From contig OZ316894.1 of the NCBI GenBank assembly GCA_973895155.1, positions 8,642,234-8,706,233 on the forward strand: 64,000 nt of DNA, read 5' to 3'. The stretch's first letter is position 1. The number at the start of each line of letters is the position of its first letter. This DNA comes from Marsupella aquatica (taxonomy: Eukaryota > Plantae > Marchantiophyta). The translations under genes and the position numbers were made by a program. Positions 11,401 through 24,304 of this stretch are shown in pieces. The notes beneath the pieces were generated by a model. It was not told the origin of the DNA, did not search any database, and saw only the letters and a program-made list of their open reading frames with translations.

Positions 11401-13354
11401 AAAAATGTGTAAAATGAAATAGAAAACCGAAAAAAGTTACCATAAAACACTAATAAATTACCCTTTTCTTTGTTTACTTGAAATTTTACTTTTCAATTTT
11501 TCATTATTTTGACAGTTACAGGGTCTTACTATTTTTCTTTGCCTTGCCTCAAACATGAAATTTCAAATTCAAATTTGGCTCTTCCTGCATAACTAACCGT
11601 TCTTGTTTGTGACAAATCATGCTGATGTGACTGCACGTGCATCCAAGAATTTTGGAAGAAACTTCCCCTGGGGTCTGTAAAAATTAGGCTGCCCTCATCC
11701 TCCCCCAAACTTTGCATCACACAAAGACCACAATAACTTTACAACTATGGCAGTGCTCCTAAACTTTTGGAGGGTCACTTCCAAGACTACAAACCATCAA
11801 GACATGTGCAACAAAGAGTTATAGGTATTCTAATTTATTTCGAGGAAGACTTTCTAATCATCGATATATGGGTGTATAAATTTGCTATGTGTCATCATAT
11901 GATTGGGGTACGTCAATAAACTATTTAGCCTTTTCATTGCTAAGGGTATAGAAAAGCTAGGCCCACTCACATGAGCACTCGATGAGAGTACCTATATATC
12001 TGCATCTTTTTGGAGTCTTCTTATTTTAAGTTATTCAAAAAATACGATAAAGTTGTGCTAGCATATCATATTTATTATAAATGAAGGAATAATTTTGTGT
12101 CAAGTAACAAAATGATTGCTTTAGAAGGAAATACAACTTCATGACTGATGGACGAGGTGGGTGTCTAGGTGCAACACATAACTGAGATGGCCAGGCAATC
12201 AAAAGATTAGGCAAGTTGGCCTTGCGTACATAATGGTGTCCGTGAAGTGCGAGTGTCGCTTTATGTTTTGCATGGTGTGGATTAATGTGAGTTGCGTATG
12301 GATATGTGTACACAATACAACTTGCAACCCCAAATTGTTTTCCGCCTCCTGCCTACCCTGACCTTCCACCCATGTTTTTTGGTCCCCAATCCAATGTCAT
12401 TACTTTCTCTTTTTCCTTAATTCCCTGCAATCTCTTTCACCTGATTGGTTAAAAAACTTCTGGAAATTTCATTTGTTCTCAAATTTATTTAGTAGGTAAG
12501 TACTAAAGCTAAGGAGTAGCGTAAAACTCAGCCCAAATGGGTGAGGCAACAAAAGTATGGTACAAACATTCTTTTGATGCATCTTAGGATGCTAAAGCAG
12601 CCCTGTAGCACAATTCCAAACTAATTATTGACTAATTTAAAGTCCTGGCTATGGATTTAAGGTGCATATTCATGGTTAATTATCAACATTCTCATCTGTC
12701 GATCTAAGAAATCCAACCACATGTGTCATTTCTTGCGCCTTTGTGTGCCGTTGTCCACCCCTCCTCTTTGTCTGCAAATGATCGATCAAATACATTGATC
12801 AATCAAATTGAACACCTAGCGTTAGTTGTTGTTGTTTGTTAAGAAATGGATTAAATATAAAGAAATTATTTATTATAATTCAAAAAGTAAATGAAACAGT
12901 TACAAGAGGTTAGCCCTCACTCTCTGTTATTTGGCAACTTAATTTTAAATTTTCTTAAGTTTTTAAGTTTCTGGGTCTAACCCTTTTTGCTAGCCTTGCG
13001 ACAATGCGACAAACACTAATGATCGTGTTTATTTGTTACTGCAAAATCATATTTGAGGCAACCATAGTCAAGAAATTTTGCAAAGAGACTTGTGCAAGTA
13101 ACAAGCAAGGTCCATCCAAATTGCTGGTCCAAAGGCTAGGTCCATCCTAGCTTCAACCGACCTTAATTTGTAATAGTAACTATAATGATCTTTTTCTTAT
13201 GCATTTCGTGTTGCGGTTCATTTCTTCATATATTCCACACTAGCGGTCGCGACGCCTCAAGACTTGTCCCACAGGATCCGCATATTCCACATAGAAAGTA
13301 CATCGCAGCTTCTCTCTAACCCAAGTGACATGAAGAGTTGATTGGCGAGGATGG

Positions 13355-16244
13355 ATGGTCAGTCCTCCGATCTCAACTGCCCCTCCTCATGCCGCCATGT
13401 CAATCACATTAGTGACGTTCAATGCATCAGCATTCATCAGCAGCAAAAGCCCACGATCTTCCGAAGTAATCAGTTCGTCACATTTGACCGCATTCTCAGC
13501 ACCCTGCAGCCACGAAAGGCATCACAATCGCGGTCTGCTTGCTCCAGTTCTTGCCCAAATCGCTTCTCACCCAGCTCCCCGAGGACTTTTCAGGGAATCG
13601 TCAGCTTTGGGTATTGTGGTTGATAAGAGAAAGAACAGGAGCTGCAGGAAGGTTCTGGCAAGTATGGCGGTGCCAGCAGAGGGTGGGCGGGTGCTCATAA
13701 CGTTTGACGTGGATGGTACATTGATGCAGAGCACGGGTGAGCATGCCAACCTGCTGCACAAGAAATCTTTCTCATTCGCGTTCAAAGAGGTCTTCGGCAT
13801 CGATGGAACAATTGATGTCATCAAGGTATCCCAGCTTTTAGAACAGAATTGGTCCCGTCCACTGTTTCCATTCAGTCTCTGTTCACTAGAAAGATCCAAG
13901 AATTCCAGCCCTTGCTTCAATTTTGCGCTCTTGGTGACCGTAACTGTCACACAATCTTAATCTTCCGTGGAGTTGACAGTAAATTGAAAACTCATCAGTC
14001 TCTGAATTTGAATGACGTGTCCAGATTGGTGCTTTCTGAGAGTGAAATTTATAACGCCGAGTCGCTTAACCGTAACACGGAGTCAAAGAAGGAATTGGCT
14101 CTTTAATCTCGGTCGGAACAGAGTCTCGATTAGAGAATAGAGAGCAAGCCACAAGGAAGTGATACGCAAGAGCAAGGTTAAGGTCAAGGGTTTCAGCTGC
14201 TCTGATGGTTCATGAAGTTGTCATCCTACGAGACTGCCGGGGAATGTCTTCGAGTTAGAAAATGGCAAGTGTTGAAAATTGAAGGAGCCTCCTAGAGTCT
14301 TTCTGAAACTGAGCGACTGTTTTGTTGGTGAACTGTGTAGCATCACGGAAGCACAGATCCCATGGTCCTCATCAACACATTGGAATATTATGGCATTCCT
14401 ACAGAGGTTCTGCATAAGCTGTCATCATGTTTACATTCTATTAAGTACTTATAATTTCCGGTTTCTGTAACTTGGATTTATATCCCTTATGTTTTCATTG
14501 CTGTTAATTCTGTGCTAAGTTTACGTTCTACTAAGCATCGAATCCAGTACTCAGTAGCAGCGACTCTGATTGTCTGTCTGTATATCTGAGGTTTTTCTTG
14601 CTGATTGGGGGAGTCTTAGCAGCCACAAAACCTGTTCTTTACAGATCTGCATCACATTCTTTACTGACACCATCAGTTTACCCATTTCTGCTACAACAGA
14701 CAGCTACAGCTAAGCTCCCAGAGCTGAAATCAAAGATGCTGGAGTACGCAAAAGAAAATTCCACACAAGTGGGAGAGGGCTTGGAGTTGCTCCCTGGAGT
14801 AGCGTCTCTTCTGGAGACTTTGTCCAAGCGTAATAATGTTGTTGTGGCTCTGGTAAGAACGCCTACTCTGTTATAAGCTCTTCTGACTTCGTCACAGTTT
14901 ATATTCGTATTTTAGGTCAGCTCTTGACTGGGTGAGATACCCTGCTGTTCTTCCTTCATGACCAGGTGACAGGAAACTTGGAATATATAGGATGGTTGAA
15001 GATGGAAGGCCTTGGTATTAGACCTTTTTTTTCTTCTCCAAATTTTGGTGGGTCAGTCACGCAACTCGCACTAGTGATCATTTGCTTTGATCAACGCTTT
15101 AGTTTCTTCAAAGTACATTGAAGTCATATTTCTCAAAACAGGATGAGGAATAAGAAAGCTGGACGGGAATAAAGATGTTATACAGGTTAGCGACACTGCT
15201 ATTCTCGAAAGAGTTAATAATAAGTGACCCCCAAACTATCTGACAGAAACTGAACATTAGCTGATCGAAACCTCATGTAATTTTGAAGAAACTGGGATTG
15301 TCTCTCTATTGTTATGGTGAGTCATATGAGGCAAAATTTAATCGAATCAGTTTTATGTTGGATCTGCTCTCGAACAGGTTTGGAAGTGACCATGTCGAGC
15401 GCGGAGAGCTCGTGAATATTGCTGCCACAAGAGCAAAAGCGTTCTTCCCTGGAGAATTTTCCAAGCGTGTGCATGTTGGCGATACAGTTGAGTTCATTAT
15501 CATTGTATCTCGTACTGACCATCTTGGATTGATGGGTTTTGAGTCAGTTTTGGACCTTATTAAGTGGCTCTGATGATCATCAATACTCCCCCGCCCCCGC
15601 CCCCACCCCCAGCCCCAGCCCCACCACACCACACACACACCATACCAATTTTTCTTTTGAGAGTGACATACCAAGACTGTTCCCGCATTCCTCCACTGTC
15701 AAAGCAGCATGACATGTTAAAGAACTCTAATTTTCGCGTGTCCTAAAGGGATCCAGTAATACCTAAGACGCTCTGTCCAAAGTAAAGGGTGGCCCTCATC
15801 CGGATGATGTTGTCCTTTCCACGTTCGATGTCAATTTGGAACCTTTGTTTGTCCCGCCACCAGACGTTCATTCAAGATATTTCGGGTGATACCTACTTCT
15901 GTATTTGCTCCGTTTTAGTTTTCTCAAATTTACGTCATTAATCAAGATAATGCTCCTTCAGTTGGTTTTTGTAAAGAAGTGTTCCTTTTGTTCTGGGACG
16001 GAGGCAGTATTTGTAAAACATCCGAAGCCAGAATCAAAGTATTTTATTCACGTTCCAGTTTCCTCGGTTGCTGCAGCCAAATGACATCCGGGCAGCAGAG
16101 TATGGAGGAGCTCTTGCCATTGGAGTATGTACAGGTGTCTTCAGTAGAGACGATCTACTAGCAGCTAGCAAAAGTGGCACTGCAGTGATCCTCGACAACC
16201 TCAAAGATTCAGCGATTTTCTTGAAGGCGTGTGAATTACAGTGA
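13355..16244 (+). CDS. HAD-superfamily (haloacid dehalogenase-like) hydrolase/phosphatase with probable plastid transit peptide, ~350 aa
   Basis: Exons 13355-13825, 14341-14406, 14700-14852, 14966-15051, 15378-15486 and 16077-16244, with GT-AG sites and consistent phases. Motif I LITFDVDGTL, cap GSTD, motif II LVTGN, motif IV HVGDTPNDI. Ser/Arg-rich ~100-aa N-terminal extension. Confidence 0.92.
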
Positions 16245-18405
16245 GAGGTCCGGGAGTGAAATCAGTTTCTCCAAGTAAAGTGGAATGGGGTGAATACCCT
16301 TACCTTTGGGGTGGAAGCAGTTTATCGATTAACAGGGTATACTCATAGGATTGATTCAAAATTGTTTTCAGTCGTCAATTGTTTTTCAATAAGGTACAAG
16401 CTCTGGAAAATTTGTTTGCATCGAAAGGGATGCCCCGAACGGGGCAAAAATATACAGCATTGATTCAATATAACATAGTGTAGACTTGAGGAGATCAACG
16501 GTTGCAAAATGCTTCCAAAAGTATGCTGTTGCTTACCCATACCGGAGGGCTTTATTTGTAGTAAGATTCAAGATTTAAACGACAAGACGACTGGCCTTAT
16601 ATCATGTACGCATCCCCCTCCCTGAATCGAATCTCCACTGACGCCTGCCATGTCCACTTATGACGTGCAAAACAAACAGCCAAGCAATAGTTGTTCAGAC
16701 TCCTGTGCACAGGTTGCATAAACACCGGCGTCTCGTTAGAAGCGAAAGCGCTGGCCCACAGGTACAACTCGATCAAACAATTCTGGGTGTTACCGTAATT
16801 CAAGATTCCACAAGAAGTCCAAAGTCCAAGGTTTCGGAGTATCTTCAGCGTTGGTCAAACTGAGTAGATGGGTACTCTATAGTTTGTGATGATCCTAAGG
16901 ACTCGCTCAGTCTCCTTCATCGAACAGCAAAATGACTGACGTAGTAAGTGTATGGCCAGCCAGCAAGCATTTTAATACTCAGTGTTTGTAAATAACAGAA
17001 AAATCCCAGGCTACGTCTGCATTAGTTCTCGATTCTGGCTTCTAGCTTGAAGGGATGGTGTGCAATTAATTACCGTCAATAGTCATTCAATCTCATGATC
17101 TCCAAATCGTGAGTCAATCCAAAGATAATTGTCAGTTTCTGAATGATTTTGTAGCTTTGTCTTTGTATTACATTTACAGCTTCTGTCCAATGCTTAGTTT
17201 AGCGCTTCGAGGAAACGATTGAAGCCCTGTATTCCGGTCCACGATACGAGCTTGACTACACACATCAACACACTGTCCATTGAAAAATGCAGGAATACGA
17301 ACCTACGATTATGTGCGAAAGCTATGGACTCGATACTAGTGTCGCAATTTTACGGAATTGCGACTGTAGCTTCTGGGCAGTCATAAATTGAGTACATTGG
17401 AGCCATGCAGCTCAATATTCTGTAACAAAATTCACGAGTTGAACCAGTGGGGCCATGGCCTTGCATATATGAACAAGGCATGATTTAAAATTAAATTAAA
17501 TTTATTATAATTCTTTAAGGGGAAATTTGTGAAACCCAGAGAGGGAAAAGGAGACAGTAACTGGTTATAATATTTGAACCCAAGACCTATGAGTATGACC
17601 TTTGAGTCCCTACTCAAGTGAGTTGACTGTCTGACCTATGAGTCCTTACTTAGGTGAGTTGACTGTAAGAGAACCAAATTTTTGAGGCTGCCATGGTGGG
17701 ACACTCTTTGGCTATCTTGTCTCATTCAATTTGATTGAAATGTATTTTTATGTTAAATTTAGCCTAGTCCATGCTTCAGTCATGTGTTATTTACAATTTA
17801 GTCATTTTTGGCAACCTCTTAAAATTTTTTAAATTTGGTTAATTTGTATTAGGTCCCCTATATATTTTTAACATTTTCAATAACATTTTGAGGGGCATAT
17901 TTCCTTACTTGCATGAGAAGTTGGACCCTTCAACCAAGAACTAGTACACTATTCATTGATGAGTGCGCCTTATATTCCATTGGTTATGGTATTTACATTG
18001 TTCATGGTTTATTCATGAACATGTGTCAGCTAAATAAAGAGCCCAAATAGAGCAGAATTTTTTTAACAAAGTTCAGTAGTTCATGCTCTTTGAACTACAC
18101 CTGTCCAGCTCAAAAAAAACACTTTGCAGAAAGGAAAAGAAAAGAGAAAATTGTTTAAAAGAATCATAAAGTGCTGTACTTATACAAGTACACTAGTACC
18201 TAGAAATTAATGTACATGTAGTATTGTACTTTTCTCACTTTTAAAAAGGTATATAGTTTTTTCATTAACTTTCTTATAATCATTCTTTCAATACTTGTTT
18301 TTCATAAACTAGAGAAATTAAAATGTCTCCTCGTTTCAATTCTTTTAGATAAGTCAAAATAGGCATATAGTAGGATGAACATGCTATATATGAGAAGCTG
18401 TGGAC

Positions 18406-18589
18406 TCGATCGCACTATTACCTATTTTGCAATCCATACTTTATTCAGTGAAACAATGAAAGCTATAAAGCCCAGGTTCACAATTTTACTCATGAATTCG
18501 ATCCCACTATTATCTATTTTGCAATCCATACTTTATTCAATGAAATAATGAAGGCAATAAAGCCCAGGTTCAAAATTGTACTCATGAAT
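18406..18589. repeat. 92-bp tandem duplication
   Basis: tcgatc(g/c)cactatta..ctattttgcaatccatactttattca..tgaaa..aatgaa..aaagcccaggttca..actcatgaat occurs at 18406 and 18498. Confidence 0.85.
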
Positions 18590-20628
18590 TTAATATGGGT
18601 TCTGTGCCAAAACAAATTGGGGTTAAACGGGTTACCTATCACAGCATTAGTGGTACTAGTAGGACTTTATATGAATTTTGGGGCTTAATCTGGTAAAACC
18701 ATAATTATCCTACTGTCTGCTGATTGGGCCCTTTCTTTTGCTGATGTGTACATGTTCTTTTTTATCAAGACTCTGACCTGCTTGAGGTGGTCTAAATAAT
18801 TGACCCTTGGTCCATATGTATTCCACATATTGCATATATTGTCTCCAAAGCTGGCCTTTTGAGTATAATGTATGCAATGGACCTCACCTTTACAATGGGT
18901 GAAGAGTGATCATTTGTGCACTAGAGTTCTTCTAAAGCCCCTCTTATTAGTTAGGAAAGGAAACAATCACAATAGTGCGTTGCAAATCTGTCTTTACTGC
19001 CTCCAATCGAGGTCAGTGACAAATTCCCAGACAAAAGGCAGACACATATATGTGTTTCTGCACATTCCTGACCCATGACCAAAACTGGTAATTTTTGTGC
19101 GTCATCCATTTTGCGAACCTCAAGGTTTGAGACACAATTCAAGGTTTGAGATAATTTGTGCCCAGAGTTCTACCCCTTAGTCAAGATTAGGGCGACCAGT
19201 GATAATTTGTGCCCAGAGTTCTACCCCCTTAGGAAATATTAGGGCGAGCAGTGATAATTTATTTGAGGTATTCTATAATGCGAGCAAACAGGAATTTTGT
19301 TAGCGAGGGGAGTGTTGTTAGCAAGACACTTGTGATTTTAAATACTTAGCTTTTTGCTGCCTTTTATATATTTTGTGTGTTTTTATGACTCCAGATGGCT
19401 AGCGAGATCACTAGCAAAATACAAGAGTCTCCAAAATAGATGTTATCAACCAGGTTATTGTTAGCGTGATAGTTGGATACAGAAAAATTAGGGGTCATGT
19501 GAATAAATTTTTCGCTCAATCATGTGAGTAAAATTTCTACTGTTTCGTTGCACGTTACAATGACCCTAATTATTCCCAGAGGTCTACCCCTTTAGTAAGG
19601 GAAGGGTTACAGCACGTTACAGGTAGTGACAGTCGATCGGTAATACACAGCTGTAACTGACCCGAGTCGTGCGCGACCCCGTACTGTGGTCCCTCGTCAG
19701 TCCGCAGGCTATGGTGTATTGGTGACCTCTTCTAGACTTCCACAGACAACACAATTGTCTGGCCCAATCAATGAGACGGTGCTCATGAGTTGAATGAGTG
19801 CTTCCTGCCTCGCGGGTATGGAGAGTTGAGGATTCCCCAATTCCCTCCTTCCTACCAAGCCGGGCACAACAAACAGTCTCTTGGTGGCTTAATTGGTCGC
19901 TGCGGGGGGGTACCTCGAATTGGGAGACTGCTTTCTGTGGGGTGCAGACGAGAGCATTGGACACGAGAGGACCGGAGAGGAGTTTGGCGGCGAGGATGAT
20001 TGATGCATGGTGGTAGCCTGGTAGGCGAAGAATTTGGCAGCACGGGAAAGGAAGGAAGCGCAGATCCTTTTTTTAGAGGAGTACTCTAGAAACATCTTAG
20101 ACGAGGAGCGGCGGATTGTGTAGTTGGTCCCCAGATTCCCGGGAACGAGTGATGCAACGCTACTTGGCACGGGCAGCCCACCGGAGGTATTCATTAATTC
20201 ATGTATAGTAAATATGTCGTAGGTCGTTCCGTTTTGACTTCAAGGTTGAGGAAAAAGCATCCCCGAATTTTGTGGGTCTCAAGTTTCAGGCTCATCAGGG
20301 AAACAAAGTATCGGAGGTTTCCTCAATGCAGGAGAACATCCTTAAGTCTCAACTCCAAAGGCTCAAGGAACGAACGAGGCAACTGCCGGAGGTTTCCTTG
20401 AGCATGTTTACTACCGTTTAGGGAGCGATTCGTCACCTGCTCTAACGAGTGAACTTACTGTCGTGCTATGAGCAGGACACAGTCTGTAGTGGTTGCGATT
20501 CCAGAGGGAAGAAGTTGCAGCAGATCAGAGGGGCGAGCTTCCCGGGCCCAGTTAGTTCGTTCACTAGTACCGGAATAGTAAGAGGAGCCTAATCACGAGT
20601 GGCCCTGTGAGTTGAGTGCAGAGGCAGG

Positions 20629-20752
20629 CAGGTAGGCAGGGAGCTTCGAGGGAGAAGAAATCGTTCTTCCTTGATGGTTACTTTTCTGTGCAGGCAGGCA
20701 GGGAGCTTCGAGGGAGGAGAAATCGTTCTTCCTTGATGGTTACTTTTCTGTG
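20629..20752. repeat. 62-bp tandem duplication in the probable 5' leader of the lipase gene
   Basis: cagg(t/c)aggcagggagcttcgaggga..gaaatcgttcttccttgatggttacttttctgtg occurs twice head-to-tail (20629, 20691). Confidence 0.85.
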
Positions 20753-21654
20753 GCCGATGGGTGCAGCGCAGCAGCCGTCTAGAACGCTCGACTACGTCAG
20801 TCAATTCATCCCCGAATTCATCATCGCTGCCGCCGGCGCTCCTCCTCCTGCTGCTGCTGGGTGTGCAACTCACGCGGACGCGCCGTTACTTTAAGTCAAG
20901 CGAGTGCTTTCCAGGAGCTCGAAGGAATTCGAGGGATCATCATCTCCCGTCGTCGTGTGTCCTGAGGTAAAGTTATAGCTGGGATAGAAGGAGGGTGAAC
21001 TTATGCGTTTCACACACACCCAGAGAGACAGACTAGCGTGAGAACAGGACGCGGTGAATTCTACTGTACCTCTGTGGACCTGATCGCACAGTCCGGTCTG
21101 AACAATTGTGTGTTGGGCTGAGGAAGTAGCAGGAGCTAAACTCATTCACACCGGTTCGATCGCATGCATAATTGCAGCACGTCCGCAGCTGGCAGTATAT
21201 GATCGGGTCGGACGGAGGATGAATTCTAAATTCGTTGCTGCTGTTTGCCCCAGCAGGATCCTGAGGTTCAAAAAAGTAGATCGTGCGCAGGGCGGCTCTT
21301 TAGCTTACAGTTCTAGATGACGAAGAAGAATTGAAGGGGTTCCGAAGAAGGGTATTGGAGTAATTGGCCACCCAATTTTGGAAATCAGTTGGGAGATCCC
21401 GGCCGTTCCATATGATGCCTTTGGAGACCTGGGCAGTAGTTCATTAACGATCTGGATGTTTCACCTTGATCATCTATCTTGATGAAGTGTGCGTCGGATG
21501 ACGAGGCTGTCCGACGAGCTACAGGGAGGATGCGCCTGGTTTACATCAACTGGGTGATTTTCGATCGTCATTGGCTGGGTTGTGCATCAACTGATCGTCG
21601 ATCTGGTGGTAGGAAGTATTAGAATTCGCGCGAGAATTTTAGCAGGGTAGAAAG

Positions 21655-24304
21655 ATGTCTCTGGCGGTAGGCCTTCCCTTGTTGGAGTGTGTGTACTTCG
21701 CCGGATGTTTACGGTGGGGATTTAAGAAGTGCATCTACATTGGGGCGTATGATAGTGCTAGCTGGAGTGTGGCCACTTACGAGGAGTTCGAGTCTGTACC
21801 GCACATTTGTCGAGTCATTTTAGCTGTCTATGAGGATGATTTGACCAAACCACTTTGGGCCCCTGAGGGGGGATATGGACTGAAATTGAAGGACATAGTG
21901 AAGAGAACGGATTATGCTTATACAGAGGGCAATGCGCCTCCCTACCTCATCTATGTGGACCACGCGGAGAAAGACATTATCTTGGCAATTCGGGGGTTGA
22001 ACTTGGGGCAGGAGAAGGATTACAGGGCGCTGCTGGACAACAGGCAGGGACAGAGGATTTTTGATGGCGGGTACGTTCACCATGGACTCCTCAAGTCTGC
22101 AACCTGGCTCCTTAATAAGGAAGCTGCCACTCTTATTGAGCTTATAGAAAAATACCCGACATACACACTCACTTTCGCTGGTCACTCGCTGGGATCAGGG
22201 GTGGCTGCGTTGATGACTGTAGTGGTTGCCAAGAACAGGGACGCTCTTGGAAAAATCTCTAGAGATAGACTCAGGGCATTCTGTGTTGCCCCAGCGCGCA
22301 GTATGTCTCTCAATTTGGCCGTGCAATACGCAGATATTGTTCGTTCTGTGATTCTACAGGTAACGCTATGCTGATTTGTTAAATTTGTTTTCCTGGGGGA
22401 TTCACGATTACTTCCCTAGCGCAGCTTATGAGCGATGGATGTGATTCCAACTGTGATTGAACTTATTTTATTTAGTTGGTACTCGCACTGTCTACTTATA
22501 GTTGCATTCTACAGTGCTAGCTCCTCGGCACTCACTAGGCAAGGACAGAGTAGGATTTTGAGTACTAGATGTGGTACTAGGGTACTGATTGGACCACTCT
22601 ATTTATGAATTTTGAACGTTTCCTGATGGAAGATTGAACCAGCTCAGTACAATATCTCTTTCATTCTTCGTTTTGTAGGATGACTTCCTTCCTCGAACTT
22701 CTACACCTCTGCAGGACATCTTTAGTGCAGCTTTCTGGTAAGTCGTACCACCAGCCTAAATCTTTATAACAGTTCGACAGCGCTACTTTGAAATATTTTT
22801 TAGTTGCTTTGATCAAGCCCATGCCACGTTAATTTTGTCCTAAAGTTCTGAAGAACTCGCTCCTAAAACGCCATTGGGATTAAATCGATGCGAGAAATAG
22901 TGGACTCAAATTTGAATAATGAGGCTGCCTACATCAGATTTGAAAGAGGAAAAAATTACGACTGAAAGCCTTCGCTTCTTCAGGCTTAAAGTTTAGCTAA
23001 TGCATTCAATCTTCTCCAAAATCATGCCAGTCACTTTATCAATCAGGGTTAACATCAGTTTCTATTTCTAGAGTATCATTGCTTGACTGCTGTGGTTTCC
23101 CGTGTTTGCACTTGAGTGTCATTGCTAGATCTTACTCAACAGACCCCACAATGTTATGTTTCGCCCTGTTATATCTGAATTTCTTCTGTTGTCTCTGGGC
23201 AGCTTGCCGTGCATGCTGATGTTTAGATGTTGTGTGGACACCTGCACGTCAGAAAAGACGAAACTCAAGGATCCACGAAGACTGTATGCACCAGGCCGCA
23301 TGTATCATATTGTTGAGAGACAATTCTGCAGGTACGTATGTTATCAGAAGCATGTTCTTGAATTCTGGTTCCATGTCTACTTTCTCTATTGCAGTAATTC
23401 CCACTATCAGTGAATTTTCTCTAAAATTCTTGAACTCCGATTGCACATGAACTGCTTCAAACAGTTATTGCCATCACTTATCTTTCATGGTCTCTTGTTT
23501 CTTTTCTGTTATGCATCCGTTGCAGTTGTGGAAGGTTACCTCCAGAGGTGAGAACTAATGTACCCGTGGAGGGGCGCTTTGACCAAATTGTGCTGTCCTG
23601 TAATGCATCCACGGATCATTCCATTGTCGAAATCGAGAAAGAATCTCGAATAGCCCTCCAGGTATAGAATCTGTTACATTCCAGTTGTGATCTGATTGCA
23701 TGCTTTGGTCAGGATCCTTAAAGAACTTGAAGATTGGCATTTTCTGACCTCCGGTGGTACTTGCTGGTGGCAGCTGTTGCATGAGAGTGTTACACAAGTG
23801 CCACCCTCTCAGAAGATGGAGAGACAACGGACCCTTGCAAAAGAACTTAGGAATGACCGCAGGGTTGCATTGGAAAGAGCAGTGACACTGAAGGTTCCGT
23901 TTGCTTTCTCACCTGACGAATTGAACGATGACGAGGAATCAGATGAAACCTCGATTGTTGTCGATCGACAAGGAAATGCGACTGATCCAGAGCATGCTGA
24001 AAGCTCCTTGCGAGAAGAAAATGGAGATTTAGGAGAGGAAAATGGAATTTTGGGCAAGTCATCCAACTGGAACGATCTTGTGGAAAGGCTCTTTGCTAGT
24101 AGTGTGCTACAAAAGCCTGGGGATGATAAACAGGGAAATTCAGGGCGTGCCGAAAGCTCAGGGCGAGTAGGAACTGGAACTTCAGGAAAGCCATCCGCCT
24201 GGAATTATTTTATGGATCAGATCTTTTCTAAGAGTAAGTCTGGACAGAAAACACGGGATGAGAATAAAAAGCCATTGCTTTCAAAGAATGTAAACCCCAG
24301 TTAG
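21655..24304 (+). CDS. Class-3 lipase (Lipase3 N-terminal domain + alpha/beta hydrolase; mono/diacylglycerol lipase-like), ~519 aa
   Basis: Exons 21655-22359, 22679-22737, 23203-23331, 23526-23661 and 23774-24304 with consistent phases. LAIRGL oxyanion motif, nucleophile FAGHSLGSG, LQDDFLPR (Asp), SCNASTDH (His), and an N-terminal PLLECVY motif typical of this plant family. Confidence 0.93.
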
